Source: the human T2T-CHM13v2.0 reference genome, Homo sapiens. Taken from it: 64,000 bases of DNA. Shown here one piece after another: positions 57,941-64,000 of the stretch. The notes under the pieces were generated by a model. It was not told the DNA's origin. It worked only from the letters and a program-made list of their open reading frames with translations, and did no database searches. The DNA lies in NCBI RefSeq assembly GCF_009914755.1, contig NC_060935.1, one strand, 5' to 3'. Within the stretch, counting starts at the first letter, position 1, and each line of letters starts with the position of its first letter. Position numbers and translations under genes: made by a program.

Positions 57941-58785
57941 AACAAACAACCCCATCAAAAATTGGGCGACGGACACGAAGAGACACTTCTCAAAAGAAGA
58001 CATTTATGCGGCCAACAAACATATGAAAAAAAGCTCATCATCACTGGTCATTAGAGAAATGCAAATCAAAACCACAATGAGATACCATCTCACACCACTT
58101 AGAATGGCGATCATTAAAAAGTCAGGAAACAACAAATGCTGGCGAGGATGTGAAGAAATAGGAATGCTTTTACACTGTTGGTGGGAGTGTAAACTATTTC
58201 AACCATTGTGGAAGACAGTGTGGAGATTCCTCAAGGATCTAAAACCAGAAATATCACTTGACCCAGCGATCTCATTACTGGGTATATACCCAAAGGATTA
58301 TAAACCATTCTACTATAAAGACACATGCACATGTATATTTATTGTGGCACTGTTCACAATAGCAAAGATTTGGAACCAACCCAAATTCCCATCAATGATA
58401 GACTAGATAAAGAAAATGTGGCATGTGTACAACATGGAATATTAAGCTGCCATAAAAAAGGATGAGTTCATGTCCTTTGGAGTGACATGGATGAAGCTGG
58501 AAACCATCATTCTCAGCAAACTAACACAGAAACATAAAACCAAACACCGCATGTTCTCACTCATAAGTGGGAGTTCAACAACGAGAACACATAGACACAG
58601 GGAGGGGAACATCACACGCTGGGGCCTGTTGGGGGGTTGGGGGCTAGGGGAGAGATAGCATTAGGAGAAATACCTAATGTAGATGATGAGTTGATGGGTG
58701 CAGCAAACCACCATGGCATGTGTATACCTATGTAACAAATCTGCACGTTCTGCACATGTATCCCAGAACTTAAAGTATAATAAAA
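57941..58785 (+). mobile_element. 5'-truncated L1PA7/8-like 3' fragment
   Basis: ORF2 C-terminus plus 3'UTR; tail followed by (GA)n. Confidence 0.92.
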
Positions 58786-58931
58786 GAGAGAGAGAGAGAG
58801 AGATAAAGCTGCCATTGTCACAAATTCAGCCAGTAATGGAGAATGTGGTAATTAAATTAAGATGGCTGTTTGGGAGAGAGTTTGCTTTATAACAAAATCT
58901 AACAGTACTGAAATTCACTTTCCCACTTTAC

Positions 58932-59020
58932 CAACTAATGCAGCAGCTCAGGATCTAGTTATTTATATTCAGCCTTCCAAGTCACCTTGCTATGAGTTGT
59001 CTCCAATTGCCAAAAGTTCG
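58932..59020 (-). pseudogene. Decayed exon (NFWQLETTHSKVTWKAEYK*LDPELLH*L)
   Basis: Acceptor tttttttctttctag|, donor TTG|gtaaag; 89 bp, phase 1 to 0. Confidence 0.6.
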
Positions 59021-59329
59021 CTAGAAAGAAAAAAATTCATACGCACACACACATATATATTCACAGGCCTATAGTAGGAATACAAGAGGTCTTAGAAAAG
59101 CATCTTCTCAGAAAATAAGGAATGCTTGAAGTGAGTGAGCTCTGGGACACATACCAAGAGGGAACTGTGAAAGACTTAATCACGGAACAATTGTCTTCAG
59201 TTTTGCTCTATTACTAAATTAGCCTCACACCAAAATGTCCAGAGATGTTGGGAAACAGCCTGATAACTAGATCTGTTTATCAGATTCACTGTTTGGTCGA
59301 AGAATGCTCAAACAATGCACAAGATCAAT

Positions 59330-59500
59330 GCACCAGGCTGCATATTGAAATCCCTTGACCAGCCTTAAAAAAAATTACTGTACTTAGGTCCTATCCCTGG
59401 AGATTCATATTTAATTATTCTTGAGGGCAGCCTTTAAATTGGGACTCTGAAAACTCCCTGGTTAATTTTTATGTGCAGCAGAGGCTAAGAACCAATGCAC
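59330..59500 (+). mobile_element. MER5A-like hAT MITE
   Basis: ggctgcatattgaaatccc..gagattcatatttaatt..aaactccctggttaatttttatgtgcagcagaggctaagaaccaatg. Confidence 0.7.
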
Positions 59501-59534
59501 TACCTAAATTTCTTGTTAGTTTTTTTTTTAATAA

Positions 59535-59883
<349 letters not shown>

Positions 59884-60289
59884 AAACAAAGGCTTTCTAT
59901 GTGAAGCCTTAATACAATAGAAGCTTAAAGATGAAGGAACTTTAAGTAGGCAAACAGAGACACTGTATCAATGCTCATCTTCCTACATCTTCTAGTTCCT
60001 GGACATTTGAGTAGAGCCTAGAGGAGTCATCCTTATCCTCAACTTAGATTCAGGACTTGCATGTCTGCACAATAGAAAGCCCCTCACTGATGATGTAACA
60101 GATTCATTGTTTCCAGCCAACCTCTAAAATCCAGACTCTGATCTGTTATGCTCTTCAACAAACTGGGATCAGAAAATTTTAGGCTGAAAAAAGAGAACTG
60201 TCTTTATCCACAACATGGTTCTCAGCTATAGCGTCCACCATCTACAAATATGATGTGAGTCACAAATAATCTTTATCAAGAAAAATAAA

Positions 60290-62720
60290 GATGGGTTCTT
60301 GTTAAAGATGAGAGAATAAACACACATGTCCACTGCAGTTTCCTTCTAAATTTCACAGAAATAAAAGTAAAGTGATTTAAAAAAAAAGAATTATCATATA
60401 AGGACAAATAAAGTGGCAAGGAAAAAATATGGAAATGTAAAACAGATGGATAGTGGTAACAAATTTAGAAGACCAGAGAAGGCTGAAACTTAAGATAGCC
60501 AGAGAGAAAGACAAACAACCACCTGCTTTGCATTGGATTATCCTAGAAATGTGCAAGAATTTGCTGAACTACAGACCTCCGCAAATGGGAATGTAGGGGA
60601 CAAAAACCTACAGAATAGTTTGAAAGTCTGTTTTAAAAAGTTGTTTAGCACTTTGATCTTCACCCGCCTGACTCAGAACTACAATGGCCCTTTCCCTGCA
60701 CAAGAAGAGAAATGAATGTATTTTATCTAGAAAGATTCAATAATAAGTAAGTACTTTGAACTGGTCAAACACGAGGCACAGCTGAGGGCAATGTAATGCA
60801 AAAAAAAGCATGAATGAGAGCTTAAATTAATGCCTAGGTTAAAAAAAACAGGTGTATCACATTTGGAAGCATGCTCTTGAATTAGAATCTCAGCTTCATA
60901 TCCAACAATCTCTTAGGTAAGTTAGTTTTCTTCTCTGTGCCTCAATTTATTCATCTAAAAAACCAATATAATCATAATTATTGGATTAATGTAAAGAATG
61001 TATGGGTAAATGTATGTAAAATAAATATTCCAGTGCTTGGCAAACAATAAGCACTATATATGTGCTAACTATTATTTTTACTTTCTACTTGGGTCACAGA
61101 ATAATGACAGAGAAGTTTATATAATCTATGGCCAGAGATGGGAGATTTTTCCCAGAAGGGAAAATATTCATATGTATATATACATAATTGTATATTTAAT
61201 ATACATACACAAAAAGTTCCTGGCAGTTTTGGTCCCCAAATACAATTTCTCAACCAGATAAATCTAGAGTGAAGCCCACGAGTGAACTGATCTCACTAAC
61301 TTATAGAACTTCCACTCAGCTTTTTAGAGCTTATTAATTAAATGCCAAATACCAATAGATATTTAAGCACATTTTCTATCAGGACATATAGAAAACAAAA
61401 CAGATTTCTAAAAGAGTTTTGGGGTAAGTGAGAACAATGCAAGGAGACAAAGTGCAAAAAGAGCTAAAATTAATTTTTACAGAGAAAAGAAAGAACACAT
61501 TGTACATATGAAAATAGGCACGCCGTAAAAAGTAATATTTAGAGAACAAAACCAGCCCTTGGAAATTTAAAAATATAGTAGAAAAAATTAAAACTCAATA
61601 CAAAGGTTGGAAAATAAAGTTGTGGAAATCTCCCAGTAAATATAATAAAAGAAAAAGAGATAAAAAGGAGAAAGAGAAGAGAAAATTAGAGGATCACTAC
61701 AAAAGAACCAATTATCTGAAAAGTAGAAGTGACTGGCAGAAAAAAATTATAAGAAATTACCATATATGAATTCAAGAAATTTGTCTAGACTGAATGAAGT
61801 GCAGACATTTTAATCTACAAAATGTCTACCATGGTTTCAGCACAATGAATGAAATCTGTATTAATAAACATCACCATAATTTTCATGTAAGTGAAGGCTT
61901 TGAAAAGACATTAAAACTTCTAGTGAGACAACCAATTACATAACCAGTTATTGAAATACTGTTTTGAAAAAATGTATTTTTCTTCATTGAACTTAGAGAC
62001 AAATTTTCTTTAACCTATGTTTCTATATGTGCATTAGTTTATTTCTCAACTTTTAATTTTGCTTCATTGATCTATTTATCTATTGTTGGCAAAACAAACG
62101 ACAATACCTACCCCCTCCCCACAAACACACACAAAAACCACTGGGATAATTACTGAAGCATTATAATATGATTTGCTATGTAAAAAGCCCTCTAATTTAT
62201 TTTTTATTTTTTTGGCTGTTTTCAACCCTTTGCTTTTCCATGTGAAGTTTTTATGTCCAGTTTCATTAAAAAATGATTACTATGTATATTAGAATATATT
62301 TAAGAAATAAAATAATATCAGGATAATTTACAGCTTTAAATATTATAAATTCCTGTTCATGAACATGGTATATCTATTTAGTTTTTTTTTTTTAATTAAT
62401 GAAGTTTTATTATGTGTACATAAAAAGTCTTAATACTTTTCATTACATTTATTCCTAAGTACATTACATTTTGTTTTTGGTATAACTTTCTTTTAAGTTT
62501 TTTTTTTGAAACAATTCTCAAACTTATGGAAAGACTGCAAAAACTGTTCAAGAATACTTTTTCCTGAGCTTTGTTGAGACTAAGTTGCCAACACGATGCC
62601 CCATATCCTCAAATTTATTGTTATGTATTTTCTACAAACTAAGAAATTCTATACAAGCAAAACATAATCATCAAACTCAAAAAAGTAACACTGATACATT
62701 ACCAAAAAAGGTTCAGGTAC
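60290..62720. mobile_element. Mixed old L1M fragments and MIR
   Basis: ORF1-like A-rich sequence at 61.4-61.9 kb (+), L1 remnants at 62.0-62.7 kb (-), MIR core near 60.9 kb. Confidence 0.5.
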
Positions 62721-62836
62721 TATAAATAAAAATGTAATAGTTCTACTGTAGCTCATAATAGTGGTATGGAAGTGATTATGCATTTTTTTAAATAGACAAA
62801 AATAATGTGTCCTTTTAAAATATAACGTGCTCTCAC

Positions 62837-63932
62837 ATTTTTCTCTTGTCTGTGAGATTTGTAAAGAGGGCTAGTACATATATTTTCTTCAAAGCCAGTG
62901 ATGCCTTCATGAACTTAAAGGAGACTGATCACTTTTCTCCAAGGTTATTTGCACCTGTCACCTTCACTTCATCTTGAATTCTATTTATATTCTGTTCTTA
63001 TATGGCTTCTAGAGGCTTTGTCTATATTATCCTATCCATTTTGCAGAATATACAAGAGCAGAACGATAATATGGAAAATTTTCATTTAATTTCAACATAG
63101 ATACCAGAGGGAAGTTGGAATGTGAAGTCCTGACACCATAACTATGATGTGGACCAAGAATCATTGTGCTTTTATACTAATTTGTGGTAATTTAAGCAAT
63201 GATCATGTTTCAGCACTGACACGGAGGGAAATGGATACTTCCGGAAGTAGATGTGGTAATTAGGATAATTGTTCTCTATGGCTTCTGGCATCAAAACTCT
63301 TAATTTTTCAATTATTTCTCTTGAGTATGTGAAATGTACTTCCACATTTTATTGGTATTGAGGTTGCTCACGGGACTTGCTTAGAACAATGATTATAAGT
63401 TGCTCTAATTTAAGAAGAGGCTTAAATTGTATCTCATTTACATTTCTGTGCTGTGCTCCTGTGACCCACTATAAGAGGAGCATGCCCCAGTAAGTCTAAG
63501 GAGAACATGTGGGAATGTGGGGACAACCTCAAACCAAATCACAGTCTGGCACCAAGCCTCACTGACTCCAACTTAGATAAGTAGAATCACAGCATATCTG
63601 CAAACTTGTCAGGAAAAAAAAAAAGCCACATCTTATCTTTGAGCTTTTCTTACTATTAATTCATTTATACTATCAGATTAATATACTGATATGCCGTAGG
63701 TACCTAGAAGCAGCATATCACTTATAATCCAGATCCACCTGGGACTGCATAAATTAACAAGAAGAAGCAAGATCATTTATCACAAATTTTAAATATTGAT
63801 AAACATAGTGTTCATGCAGTATGTCAGAAGGCATTTGATGTAAAAAAATTGCTATTTCACTTTTAACTTCTAATTTACTTGACATTGTATACCATACAGA
63901 TTTACATGTACTAAAAATACTCGATTACTCAC
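62837..63932 (-). pseudogene. Large decayed exon interrupted by an MLT1 LTR
   Basis: MSSKLEVKSEIAIFLHQMPSDILHEHYVYQYLKFVINDL.. and about 165 codons in one frame (YSREIIEKLRVLMPEAIENNYPNYHIYFRKYPFPSV..ALKKIYVLALFTNL); donor |gtgaga. Confidence 0.55.
63350..63690 (+). mobile_element. Old MaLR (MLT1H/J-like) LTR fragment
   Basis: gggacttgcttagaacaatga..gagcatgccccag..caaaccaaatcacagtctggcaccaagcc. Confidence 0.5.
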
Positions 63933-64000
63933 CTACATGCACACCTTCAATATACAAAGCATAGTTTTTAAATTATTTTATTTGATTCCATTTGCTCTTA

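Overview
AT-rich, repeat-dense primate DNA, very probably human (it carries an AluYa5). It has no intact protein-coding gene. About 21 kb is five primate L1PA elements, all on the + strand: two full-length (2851-8916, 37258-43259), one near-full (44454-49602) and two 5'-truncated. The rest includes about 11 Alus, MaLR LTRs, hAT/Tc1 DNA-transposon fossils, old L1M/L2/MIR fragments and an ERV-like internal segment. Main finding, from manual reading: the unique DNA between repeats contains, on the minus strand, about 20 decayed exons spanning the whole window. They have AG/GT splice signals, mostly phase-compatible junctions and protein-like frames broken by stops and frameshifts, and ancient transposons sit inside some of them. 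This points to a very large, long-dead multi-exon gene (candidate ancient unitary pseudogene) that I cannot identify. Other findings: neighbouring L1s of different subfamilies share a patchwork of private mutations (local gene conversion or an assembly artefact), an unidentified retrocopy-like segment is fused behind an L1 tail, and there is a 150-bp templated insertion. All calls were made by eye without alignment tools; subfamily names come from recalled consensus motifs.
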